Assembly (NCBI GenBank): GCA_013265495.1
Contig: MU058241.1
Coordinates: forward strand, 1,427,249-1,491,248
Source of the DNA: Vicugna vicugna
Taxonomy: Eukaryota
Direction of reading: 5' to 3'
DNA: 64,000 nt
This document shows positions 48,280 to 60,900 of the stretch, one piece after another. Under the pieces are notes generated by a model that worked only from the letters and a program-made list of their open reading frames with translations, did no database searches and was not told the DNA's origin. The first letter of the stretch is position 1. Every line of letters begins with the position of its first letter. A program made the translations under genes and the position numbers.

Positions 48280-48625
48280 TCAAGTCTTTCAGAACATCAG
48301 TCTTCATTATCTTGGGTAAAGAGCAGTGGGATGGCTAAGTCACTGTGTCATCTAGTATTTGACTCAACGTCCAGGAGTCTTTCCAAAATCACAGCCATTT
48401 CACGCTTGCCCTAAATACGTACCAACTTTCCAGTTGCCCCACGTCATTGTGAGCATCGGACGTTGTCAATCTGCTCAGTGTTCATGTCTGGTATCTACTG
48501 GAATCTCCCCACAGACCCCTAACAAATACCGTTGGGATTACATTGATTTTTGTGTGTTTATTGGCCATTTACTTGTGTTTCTACAGAATCATCTGTCCAA
48601 GTCCCTGTCCTTTGGAAAAGCCGCC
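48280..48625 (-). mobile_element. Old LINE-1 3' fragment
   Basis: gtgggatggctaagtca..gtctttccaaaat..ccatttcac..ttccagttgccccacgtc..tgtttattggccatttacttgtgtttct. Confidence 0.6.
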
Positions 48626-50149
48626 CGGTGTGTCTTTTTATCCCTGAGCAGCACGTTCCCTTCGTATACTGTGGGCCTCAGTCTTTTGTCAGAGCCTTGT
48701 TTCCTGAATGTTTTCTCCCAGGCTTTGTCTCGCCCATTGGCTTTCTGGTCGGTGCTCAACGGTGATAAGCTCTGTGTACCATGAGGTGCCTCCACGCTGG
48801 CTGGTGTGGACATGAACGGTTCCCATCCTTGGGTGAGTTCTGCTGGGTCTCTACTCCCAGCGTAGACACCAAAGTGAGGCAGAGACCCCGACGTAGGTCT
48901 CCCGAGCTCCCTCTGTGTGCCGGCCCTTCCTCTCCACAACATTGCCTGGTGTAACCAGGGACCCTCAGCCTCCTCACACTCTGAACTCAGGTCCCTGTGA
49001 CCTCGATTCAGCACACAGAGCCCAGATTAGCTTCCTCCTACTTCAGCTAAGGTCTAGAAACTGGCTTGGACAGTAAGCTGCAAGGGCCACTGACTGCTTG
49101 CTTCGTTAGCTGCCCTCATCACAAGGATCACAGTCATGTTGCCCACTGTCCAAAGTCTGAAAACCATGGTTTCACATCTTCCGAGTTTTCCAATTGTTTA
49201 CAACGAGGAGGCAATTCCCACAGTGGTGTATTCTTCACGAGCTGAAGCAAAAGTTTCCATAATTCCTTCACGACGTTCCTCTCTCTGTTACAAATTCAAA
49301 CTGTCAAGGACCAAGACCTACTAGTCTGAAAGTAATATGACCACGAGGTTGTCATAGTCTTCAAGGATGCCATAATCCATCTTGAAGTCCTACGTTCTTC
49401 CCCCAATACCCAATAAATACGCATCTTTATACCTGGTGCCTGCTCAGTGTGCCTCTGTATCACCGCAGACCTCAGCCCTGCATTCTGGAGATTCAGGAAA
49501 TTCTGCTGAACTGCTGAGACCTATTTCAAGGCCATTAATTTACTTGTCACTAATCCAGCTTGGTTTAAAAAAATAAAACCAAAAACATCCTTTTATTCAC
49601 GTTCCTTTCCCCTGCCAACACATCTATTGTCTGCTGCGTTTTGGGTGGGTATTCAAACTCTTTTCTGAATTATGTAAAGCTTCAAATTATGTTTCCTGCT
49701 GCTTTTTTTTTTTTCCTCCTCTGCACTGACTCACAAATCTTTTATTACCATCCCTCACATATCACTTTTCTATTTTGTACTATTTCATGATAACAGCACA
49801 AATCACATGGCTGAGACCTTCCCAGATGGCAAGAAAAGTTGAATGTTCTTTTGACTGTGATTTCTGTGTATCAACGGACTTGAAGTGTTGTCTCCTGTTT
49901 TTGTACTTAAATGAGTATGTATTCAATTACATGTGAACGCCTTGCATTTATAACTTCTTAAAATATAATCCACAGCTTGTTGACGACAGAATTTAGGCTT
50001 GGGAGTTGTTTCTTCTTGTCCAATGTAGCAATAAAGGTATTTTCAATTAACACCAGAAGACCCAAAACAAAATAACTCAAAAATAAGAAAAACATATTAC
50101 TGTTAAAAAAAATAAAAAGCCAGTAATAAGGTGACTCCAGGATCAGTAA

Positions 50150-51510
50150 GTCAGTCTATTCAATTTTCTTCTAACAGCGCATATTTTTCATTAATTGGTA
50201 AACTCATCTGGGATTTGCTTATAAATACGGTTGGACATAGGAATGAAAGGTTTTTTTTTTCATTTTTTATTCCATATAGACAATGATGACAGAACCATTT
50301 ATCAAAGAAATTAATCAGTTTGTTCCTGCTGAAATAAACTGTTGGATTGATTACACACGTATTTAATACGTATTATTTGTTACATATTGAATGTATGTGT
50401 ATTTACACACGTATCGGTAATCTCTTCTAGTTAATGAATGTATTTACCTAGTTCTTCACCAATATTGTCTATTTTAATTAACAGGAACATTATGGTAAAT
50501 TTTTTCACAATATCCTTGGCTATTATTGGAATGTGAAGACTATTTAATACTTTTCCTCCCCTCCCCTATGTGCGTCGGGATTTTACTGGTATGCATTCAA
50601 TTTATGTATTTGTGTTTTTATAAAATTAAGTATTCAACCCCAGGACGATGGATTATCTCTGCATATGTCAGGTTTTGTATTTTGTACTTAATAAGATTTT
50701 ACAGATTTCTGAAAAAATAAATTATACATTCTTATAAAATTCTAAGTCTTTCTTATTACATTTATGTCTATGAACTAATCATTTCAGCATAATTATGAGT
50801 CGGTACATTTTTTTCATTATTTTCCTAAGGGATTATTATCAACTCCAGAGGGAAACAAAATCTATTGATTTGTGCGTGTAACTTGTACTGTTAATTTACC
50901 CTGGTAAGACTTGCTTAATTCTCGTTTGTTTTCACTAGTCTCCACAGAGTCTGCAAATAGAGACAATTTTGTCTCTTGATCTAACATTAAAGTAAACTTT
51001 ATTGTCTTCTTTTGCAGGTTATTAAAACTAAACAGAGAATGTTTAACAATAGCAATTAAAACTGGTGTCATGCTTCCGTACCCAACTGCGAGAGAAATTC
51101 TCCAGAATCTATTTGACTGATGATTATCATTTTAAGTAAATAATGTCATATTTAAGCAGTTTGTTTCAATATCTGTTTCACTTAATATTATTTGTTATTT
51201 GTAAGAACTCTTTCATTCATCAAATATCTATATAACATCCACTGATACAGTTACGTAGATTTTTCTCTCAGTTCTTTTTATCATTAACTGTATTGATACA
51301 ATAACTGAAATTGAAGCTTTTTTCATTCATGAAATAAAACCGACTTGATTACATTATTGGGGGTGTGGCTAGACCTCTGTGACACCTGCCAACATTTTAA
51401 GAATTTTTCATCTGTGTTCATAAAGAACACTACTCTATTTTGTTTTCAATTTTACCATCCAATTTTTAAATTAATGTTATACTAATGTATAAAATGAATT
51501 TAGACAACCT
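50150..51510 (-). mobile_element. Old LINE-1 ORF2 fragment, AT-rich and decayed
   Basis: cagaaccatttatcaaaga, agagacaattttgtctcttg, gaaataaaaccgacttgatt and aagaatttttcatctgtgttcataaaga are antisense L1 ORF2 landmarks. Confidence 0.6.
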
Positions 51511-51523
51511 GTGTATTTTCTAT

Positions 51524-51701
51524 TGAAGGGGGGCAGAGTATGCCAGCCCCAAACATGCCACTTTGTAAATTAGGAGTTTAGGATTAACACATACACATGA
51601 CTACATATAAAACAGATGAACAACAAGCCCCTACTGTACAGCACAGGGAACTATATTCAATAGCTTGTAATAGCCTATAATGGAAAAGAACTGGAAAAAG
51701 A

Positions 51702-51741
<40 letters not shown>

Positions 51742-52291
51742 ATGTATAACTGAATCACTGTGCTGTACACCAGAAACTAACACAACATTGTAAATAAACT
51801 ATACTTCAATATAAAAAAAAATGCCACTTTGGCGAACAGATTAATTTAATCTGAAGGCAACTGAAAAGAAGACAAGAAAAACTCTCTGTCCTGCGCCCCT
51901 TTGCCTAAAAGCAGGACATACATTTCCAGCTCTCTCTGGGGGAACAAAGGTTAACCCAGAGACAGCGTGAGACTCGCTGAGCCTGGAGAAGACAGAGGAA
52001 GACTCTACGTAACAAACGCTACCAACCAGCCTCGACCTCCAGCCTTCAAGGCTACCACCGCTGTCCTTCCTCCTGCCACTGCCCCACAAAGTCTGTTCTC
52101 TGCTGAAGATGCTGCACAAGCTGGAGTGTTCAGCCCCTGCAGGAGTTGCCCGTTTCCCCAGGGCATCTCCCGTACAGACACGAGGTAGATGCGTTAGCAA
52201 ACTCCTGTTGAGATCTCTCTTGTTGATCTGCCTTACGTTACAGGGCTGCCAGCCAAGAACTCAGAAGGGGAAGTTATTTTTCCTCCCTTAC
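51524..52291 (+). mobile_element. ERV1 MER34/MER39-like solo LTR, interrupted by an L1 tail
   Basis: Starts tgaaggggggcagagtatgccagccccaaacatgccactttg. Ends cttgttgatctgccttacgttacagggc..agccaagaactcagaagg..ttatttttcctcccttac. Flanks ctat / ctac are consistent with a 4-bp target-site duplication. Confidence 0.72.
51566..51830 (+). mobile_element. LINE-1 3' tail with an internal (CA)n tract, nested in the LTR
   Basis: L1 3' UTR motifs with (CA)n at about 51704-51738. Target-site duplication aaacatgccactttg / aaaaatgccactttg. Confidence 0.88.
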
Positions 52292-55044
52292 CCTACTGTC
52301 CCGGATATTTTAAACCAGAGCTCTCACACTTCGGCACACGTAAGGATCGCCTGGAGAGCTTTCGAGATGGCAGACTCCTTCCTCCCCCACCCCTGCACCC
52401 TCGTCCGCAGTTTCCTTCCAGTTTACACTTCGAGAGGATTTTCAATCTCTACATGAGAATTGTAAATATGAATGAATTTCTAAATAGTTTGAATTTCTAA
52501 ATGAATTTCTAAATATTTTGGAAGGTCTGTGATACTTTGGATGGTTCAGAGTAATTTTTGTTTTATTTTGTTTGTTTCTGCATATTTCAATGACAAAGGC
52601 TATATCTCCCAAACCATTAAATCATTTAGTATTCTAGAATTACTATTATTATTATTTGAATATATCCCAAATCCAAGAGTCAGGGAGATGTTCCTCAGTT
52701 AATTAATGAAAAGTGACCCATTATTTTCACAAAGCATGTTTTCTGTCCCAACAATGACAAGATACATAAAAACAGATTTGTGAAACCCAGCATTACCGTA
52801 AACTAGAAAAAACAATTCCGTAAGCTATCTCCTACTAGGGTTAGTCCGGTCTGGAATCCCATGTGTAGATACACTGACAGGCAAGCTAAGAAATCCTAAA
52901 CCTCATGAGCCGTCAAAATCATCTCCATTGGCAGAACCTACAACCTAAACCCTGGGAGAGATTTTCACTAGGATGGTCCTAAAAAGCTGAAGAGAGTTTC
53001 AGTATGACAGTCCTCTGCAGTCATGGCGCTCAGAGAAACTCTCGCTGTGAATCCGAAATGGACCAGTTAACCTGGCAACGATGGATGGATTTTCTGGACC
53101 CATCATAATGAACCGTATCCCATTAAATTCTTCCAGGTTACAAGTGGATGCAGATTGTTCCTGTGAATCTTATCAGCATTTTACCCTGTGGCTGTTCAGT
53201 GAAGGACTCCTCTGTGATACAACAGCACACACGACTGTGGGGAGGGTCTCTAAGGGGGTCACCATGAAAACACGGTGCATTTTAAACGAAGACTTTGGGA
53301 GTCACCCATTACTATCAGCCTCCGACAGGTGATCACCTGGAATTTCACTTCCTGTTTGGTTTGTGAAAACCACCAGAACGGAATTGCTTTGTTTGCTCGT
53401 AACTGGAGGTGGATCTGAATGGTAAGAAATACAAATGTGGGTTCAAGAAATGTTTGAGAATTTCTACATCGTAGCCTTAAAGAGTCGCTTTCTTTCCACA
53501 TCCACCCCAAGACCCAATTATCTCTGCTTCTGTTTCTGTCTCCACAGTGACGTCTCAGAGACGTCTTTTTGGTTCGATGCTAATTGTGGCCTCTCCTAAA
53601 AATCCAGTGCCAATTCCACCTACTTTCCCTTCCTTTTGGAACTAAAATCCCCCAGATCTGCTGAGATGATCTTCCTCGCCCCACCTTAGTTTTCTTTTGC
53701 TATTCAATTTGCCCTACAGTTTTTATGACTCTGAATTTCTATCCCTTAATTTTTTTGCTGCTATTAACAATTTCCTGCCTAGCTTCCTTTACTCTTCCCT
53801 CCATGGTACAATGCTACCTTTTTGGTCAAGTTTTGTAAAAACTTCTTACATACTTCAAACTGTGTCTGACTCTCCCCAGCTTCCCAATTCTTCTTCTAGC
53901 CTTGAAATTCTCAAAGAAAGAAACAAAGAAAAGAAAAAGAAAGACAACATCCCTGTTTTATGCATATTCCTATGTCACAATCACAGGGTAGAACACATCG
54001 TAGGTTCTCAACATTTTTTGAATCGTATTGAATCTTGGTGGATTTTTTTTTTCCAGGATGTATTCGCTTCTCCAAGATTCTCATTATAAATCTTTCCTTC
54101 TGGAAATTCTCCCTGAATCATATTATCCATGCTACCCTACCTCTGTTCACTATTATTTCAGTCTCTTTCTAGATGATGAAATAAATTTGGACGTATCCTT
54201 TTCTCAGTTGCTATAGTTTCACGATAAAGATGAACAACACAAGAATTATAAAGAAATTATGTCTTTTAAATGCTACTCTGTGTTTTCTTTCATTGAAATG
54301 ATGGTTTTTAACAAGCTGCTCTTGTTTACTCATAACTAGTTTGGTAAATAAGAACATTTCTGTTTTATGCCTGGCGGAATAAACTAAACGGAGACAAAAA
54401 AAAATTATATTCTGAGCATAAGATCCAAGCAACATGCTGCCAAGCCCACAGAAGACACACATCACACCACAAGAGACTGATTTCCCCACTTGAACAGATA
54501 ACTTAGCAATCAAGACCCACGAAAGAACAATGAAAGGTCACTTACAGCTTCCCAAAAGAACAACTGTAACCACTTACATTTGGTACCTCCAAAAACCAGG
54601 AGGTGTAGCAATCGTCAACTGGCATTTACTCTGAGCTTTTAAAAATACAAAATGCAGGGCACAGTCTGTACTTTCAACTGTGTTTGCAAAGCTTGTCATG
54701 CTAGTCACACCTCTCAGCCCCACAGTGACTCCGCTGACGATAGCCGGGGTGAGGGCACCTGGCCCAAAGCACATCCCAGAATTAGAATTTTCAGGTGGAG
54801 CCAAAGACTCTGTATGTGTCAAACTCCCCAGCCGAGCTTCGGAATCACCTCTGTTTCAAGAACACTATCAGAGCATCAGATCTCAAACCGTTAGTGTCTC
54901 AGGATCCTTCACATCCTTACAGGCAACTGAGGATCTCGGAGAGCTTGGGAGAGTGGATCTCCTGTGATGTCATCACAGTGGAAATGAAAACGGAGACATT
55001 CCTGTACTATTTACTCAGTGATGCTATATGTCAAGACACATCCT

Positions 55045-55397
55045 AGAGAATGTCATTCTAAGTGAAGTAAGCCAGAAAGAGAAAGAAAAATACCATATGA
55101 GATCGCTCATATGTGGAATCTAAAGACTCATGGACAGAGAATACAGACTTGTGGTTACCAGGGGGGTGGAGGGTGGGAAGGGATAGACTGGGATTTCAAA
55201 ATTGTAGAATAGATAAACAAGATTACACTGTATAGCACAGGGAAATATACACAAAATGTTATGATAAATCACAGAGAAAAAAATGTGACAATGAGTGTGT
55301 ATATGTCCATGAATGACTGAAAAATTGTGCTGAACACTGGAATTTGACACAACATTGTAAAATGATTATAAATCAATAAAAAATGTTAAAAAAAAGA
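55045..55397 (+). mobile_element. 5'-truncated lineage-specific LINE-1 3' end
   Basis: ctagagaatgtcattctaagtgaagtaagccagaaagagaaag...tatagcacagggaaatatacac...A-tail, with flanks aagacaca / gagacaca. Confidence 0.88.
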
Positions 55398-57727
55398 GAC
55401 ACAAATAGCATATTTGTGGGGAATGAACACATTTTACAAAACAAAATGAAGAAGCAACAGGAGTGAATGCTTCATGCTCCTGCCAATCTCTTTAACACCT
55501 GGCTTCCTAGCAGACGCCTTGATCCCAATATGTGTTCCTGCACTCATTCCTTTGTCATAGGTTGTTTTGGTTGTAGGCTACGAATAAAACCTAGTCTTGT
55601 ACAGATATGGAGCCAGAAAAGAGCGGAGTGTTGTAATAGCTTTTTTTTTCAGAGTCCAGTGGACACTCTTCTTTGACACTACACCCAAACTCTGAAAATG
55701 AATAGTTTCTTAAGGATGACTTGAAATTTGGAATCTGCAGTCAGTATTAACGATGTTGTCCTATCCTGTTCTATTAAAATCCATGCGTCTGTCTTGCATT
55801 TTAAGTGGATCTTCTAACCCTCCACAATTCTGTAACATGACGCATCATTCAGTTACAAAATCGCACTTCAGAATGCTATGCAGATCTTCTAAAGGATATT
55901 CACACATTGTTATCATGTAACATTCAACATCTCATTTGTTAAAGTTACCAGGAATCTTCTCAGAAGAGTCAAGTCGGTCCTGGAAGGCTGTCAAACATCA
56001 TCGCCGGAGACAGTTTCGGTCAATTGTGATCCCTGGAGTGACCAGCTCAGTCTGGTCATTTCCAAAAGCATGTCTCCCAAACCCTCAGGCCTGACGTTTA
56101 CTGAGCAGTCAACTCAGAGTGGAATCCAGTGGGAGAAAAGACTGTCCGGTCTGGCCACAACTCAAGTCGTGGTCCAAGTGCCTCCCCTCAGGAAAACCAC
56201 GCGATTCGGCTGTCAGGACTTGACACCCCGTCCCCTTTGGTCACACCGAATGTTCAGAAGACATATATGCCCCAGGGCGGAGGATTAAGACTGTCTCTTA
56301 CTCCACTGAGGCCATCCGTAAGTGGAACAGGCTTGTGGGGAGCTCCCTACATAAGCAGGGAAGAACAAAAACCACCACTAGCCCAGTTTTAGCATCAGTG
56401 AATTGATCTGTGCTGAGGTTCCTGCGATTTTACACCAAAAGTACAAAATCCAGCAAGAAAAGCAGCAAAGAAAAGGCAAATATTACCTTAGCGTGATTAG
56501 CCAACCACCCTAAGAAGGTGTGAGGACTCCCAGGGGCCCATGAATGACACTCAGTAAGAACCCTCAACTTAATCTCTTGGGACTGCCCAGTTCCCATTAA
56601 TATTTTTGACTATGTGAGGTGTGAAATTATTGCCTCATAACTGCTCTTTCATTTGACAGATTTTTAAAAGCCCACGTCTGATGTCTGGAAGGTCGTCTTG
56701 ATTTATGCCTGGTCCCCATCTGCAAAATTTGCCACAGTCCCTCCAGGCCAGGAAGCATCTCAAGAAAGCAACCCAGGGAGTGCACCATCACCGCAATGCA
56801 TCAGGACCAGAACGAACAGCGTTAAGCTCTTTTGAACGACACGCTCACGATTTATCACACAATGACCGATCTGGGGGAGGTGGCGGCAGACGAACTGCTT
56901 GCCTGGTGAAACTGAATCAAGGCGGGCTCAGGAAAGAGCAGAATGAACAGGCAGCGTGCAAGCCACTCCATCACTCAAGTGTCTTCAGGGAGGCTGGTGG
57001 TTCCAGGAGAACTCTTAGAACCGAGTTCTAATGATGAATTCGAAGGGGAAGGTTGAAGAGGTTCAGAAAAGAGTGAAGGCAAAGCTGTTAGTAGCTTCCA
57101 CGGCCTCCCTCGTGTGGACTCACAGGTCAGCGCAGCCAACTGACAGCTTGGACAACAGGCAGGTTTTTGCCAGTGGCAACGAATGCTTTGAGAAGACTGT
57201 TCCCTGTTTTGCCATCCCCGCACAAATGCATCACCGGCCTACACCCCCTGCACGTTCCTGCTCTCTTGACTTCAGAGCACACACTGACCTCGAGGAACTG
57301 TTCCAACCTTGCGCATCCCTACGATGTCAAAGCTTAGATGAACCATGGAGAAGCTGGATTTTAAACAAACTTGGAGATCAGATCTGCTCCAGGTGGCCCT
57401 CCGCCCAGACTAAACAAACCATGGTGGCTTTCTCTTTATCTGTGGAATCAGCCCAGAGAAAAAACGGGTCTCTTTGGAACACCCCTGGGTGCTTTCTTCT
57501 GTGCACGCTTAAAACAAATGCCTTCGAGAATGTGACGAAGTATACGGCTCCTTTAAATGCAGAAATGCAAATACGTAATTTTATATATAGGGGATTCTTA
57601 GGCCCTCTGAAGCGTATCCATGATGCCAAGTTAAGAATCTCTAGGTGACGGATATGAGGTTGATGTTTATTCCAAAGTTGGATGTCCCCAGAACTCCCTC
57701 CTAGCCCGGCCCTGAGTGTATTAGAGC

Positions 57728-57928
57728 TTTTTTTTTTAACTGCAGTATAGCTCATTTACAGGGCTGTGTTCGTTTCTGGTGTACAGCACAGTGATTCAGT
57801 TATACATACACGTAATCCTTATCATTCTAGGTTTTTACAAGATACTGAATATAGTTCCCTGTGCTGTACAGTAGGACCTTGTTGTTCATGTTTTACATGT
57901 AGTAGTTTGTGTCTGACAACCCCAGACT
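57728..57928 (-). mobile_element. LINE-1 3' tail
   Basis: Poly-T followed by tttctggtgtacagcacagtgattcagttatac...atatagttccctgtgctgtacagtaggacc. Confidence 0.88.
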
Positions 57929-60900
57929 AGGATGTTAATATTAACTCCTGATGTAACAATACTTAGGAGTTATTTTCTAAAACTTTGAACCCTGGGATAC
58001 TCAACTTGAGTTCACAAGGATGATGCTTTAAGCACCAAACGGAGCAGGCAAAGCAACCCCGAGCTAGCTCAGCGCCCCCCCTCCCCTGCCAGTCTCCAGC
58101 TTATAATTATGCAAATGAAACCCTGCCTTCTGCCAGATCTCATCATTCACGCCCTGCAGGCTGTCCCTCCAGGACTGTTTATGTAAAAACACTGCCACGT
58201 AGGCAGGGCTCTCTTGAGCCCTCTCCATCCATGGCACTGAGCACACTCAAGAATCATTCAAGGCTCTCGGTAGAAGGGGTTGGTAAAGAGGAGAAGACTC
58301 CATGAAAGTGCTGACTTGTGGACCATCAGCTGCAGATGCTACAGAGTTCGAAGACAGGGGATGTCTGAGTCAGGTGCATCACTCCCATCCAGAAATGGGG
58401 TCTAGGCTAAATGGTCCAAGGCGGAGTGAGGTCACTGGCTCATTTCTACGTTTGGTTCTTTCAGGAGAGTTGTGTCCACTCCTGGAAGAGTGCCTGGACA
58501 CACCATCTGAGGACCACAGAGAATTAGCTCAATGTATCAAGGATGTATGGCTTTTTTTTTTTTTCCCCAAAGCAGGAAGCATTCTGATAGGGCTCACAGG
58601 AAACTCAACATGAAAAACACAAGAAGATATATGCTATGAACAGACGGGCAATGAATTTCTCTTCAAGCTCAGGATTTTTCTTGCAAATAGACCTTTTCCG
58701 CCAACAGCTTTTCCACAGCCCGTGCACACTAACCATGAGGAAAGGCATACTTATGGCCCTAACAGGACACGGTATTGTCCACCACTCTTACCTCAGATTA
58801 CAAACAGCCTGAGGAAACGGATTATTCTGTATTTGGTGCCATTACTCAGTTCATTTGACAAATGCTTACCGAGTGTCTCCTCGTAGTTCGGAAATGCACT
58901 GGGTATGTAGATGGATTTGTGCATGGGGGGCTCAGGGAAAGACGGATGGGAGGATAAAAATGCAGGAATAAATACCATAGGGTTAACCCCCCTAACAGCC
59001 TTCACAGGCCGGCTGACATGAATAACCACAAAACCGAGTCATTATGCCACAAGGGAGGGATCTTGAAAATGTTGAAGGAGCACGTGTAAGCTGTGCTGAA
59101 GAGCCGAGCATCCCACCGACACTCTGTAAATGAGAAGTGAACGAGAAGGGAGTTCAGGTTAAGAGCCATGATGCATTCCCACCCTGCAGAAAGTACCACT
59201 TCAAGTGGAAATCCATACAGAAGACAGTATTGACAGTTAATGGGAACAGCACACTTTACCGACCCTCAGACGAGTCCAGCGGCTAAGTAACGTGGAGTTC
59301 ATTCCAGGAAGACAAAGATGCAGTTTCTTACCGAATGCTTTGTGTGATTTAGGGAACAGGTTATGTCAGTAAACAATGAAAAGAAACAGATGAAATGTTA
59401 ACAGAACGAGTGCAAAGTACGTCAAGCTTTTGATTGAGAGCCACAAAGACAGAAGCTGACGTATTTATGAAAAATATAACACGGGGATATCACTTAAAGG
59501 GCAAATTAAGCTCTAATAAGAAACTGACGGTCGAGTCTTTTAAGTCAGGACACTAACATAGAAGATACAGGCATTGTATTCCAGGGCAGTGACTGTCATC
59601 TCGAAAGCTGGCTTCCCTTCCACACTATTCCACGGACGTGTGTTACACTGTGTTGTTCCATTCCCACATTTCTGATGGAGGTGCCTTCAAGATTACACAG
59701 CTTGGTCATCGTCTCATCTCCCTGGACAGGCAACGAATGACACAGAACTTGGTAGCCCTCACGTCTAGCTGACCTGCATGTCTCACCCCGTACACGTGCT
59801 AAAGGCGATTTTAAAGACACAGTCACTCCAACCAACAGATCGTCAAAATGTCTGTGGTACAGAGAGAGCTGGACAAGGGCACTGGGGACAGGTTCTCTGT
59901 ACTATCACCCTGCAAAGACCAAAGGGCTGACTTTGTAGAAAATGCCTTTGATCCAGGAAGTGAGCAGGGTTCATGCATTTTTTATTGGTGAATAACTAAA
60001 AGCCAGCACTTTCTTTTCACAAAGTCACGGACAAAATCATCTCAGTCAAAACGGATTCGCTTCACCTTGGAGCTCGAGAACTTGTGAATTTCAATTTTCT
60101 CGTTGACGCCATTCTCACTCTCCGTAATCGGATTCGGCCATAGCACAAACTCCCACCAAACCAGAATCCCTCTTGCTCCAGACACTGTCTTCTCTGTGCC
60201 ATGGTTTCTACTCTTTCTCCGGCTTCTGTCAGCAGAGTGGTGTAGCTGAAGCTGATTCCCCATTTTAATGATTACCAAAAGGCTCATTCTCTCATTAGTA
60301 AAATGTGTTATTTACTGGGAAACACAGCGGTCCCCTACTTCAAGCCTCCCTCACGTACAAAGTCCAGACTGTACAACACTGAAACCCAAGCCCACCACAG
60401 GCTCACTTTTCCAACCTTAGGTCTTAGATTTTACTCTCAGGCACCACAACTGACAAAACGGATAATAAACTCCCTTAATAGACCATGCCTTAATGCCCTC
60501 CTTTCTGGCCTTCTCAGACACAGAATACGTTTATCTCATCAACAGAATGTAACAACTGAACGAGCCTTGTCACTCACAGGAGCCCAATGCCGAATTTCTG
60601 TCTTCCCCTCCGGTTTCAGCACTGCAGGAGGGGACAGCTCCACGTCCCACCTTCGATCCTGTCTAGCCAGCCCCCCCCACCCCCGTTCTCCGCACAGTTT
60701 AAGACCACAGGGGGCTCATGCCAGCAAGTTAACGCCCTGGGGACCGCCCTCAGACTAACAGGATATAGGAATCAGTGGATAACCGCCCCACTCCCCCAGT
60801 TCATATGCTTCTTTACCAAAAGATTTTACCAAAAAATGTCTAATCTCAATGGCTTTTTGTAAGAGGTTGACCTGTCTCTGTTCTACCTTTAATGTTAACG

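Noticed and set aside
10339-52515. Small local duplications (10339-10392, about 8063-8085, gaatttctaaat x3 at about 52473-52513)
   Set aside because: Ordinary slippage products with no further structure.
57031-57648. 205-aa plus-strand ORF, and the 190-aa ORF at 31430-32002
   Set aside because: No recognisable domain or coding-like composition. The second lies largely in L2 sequence.
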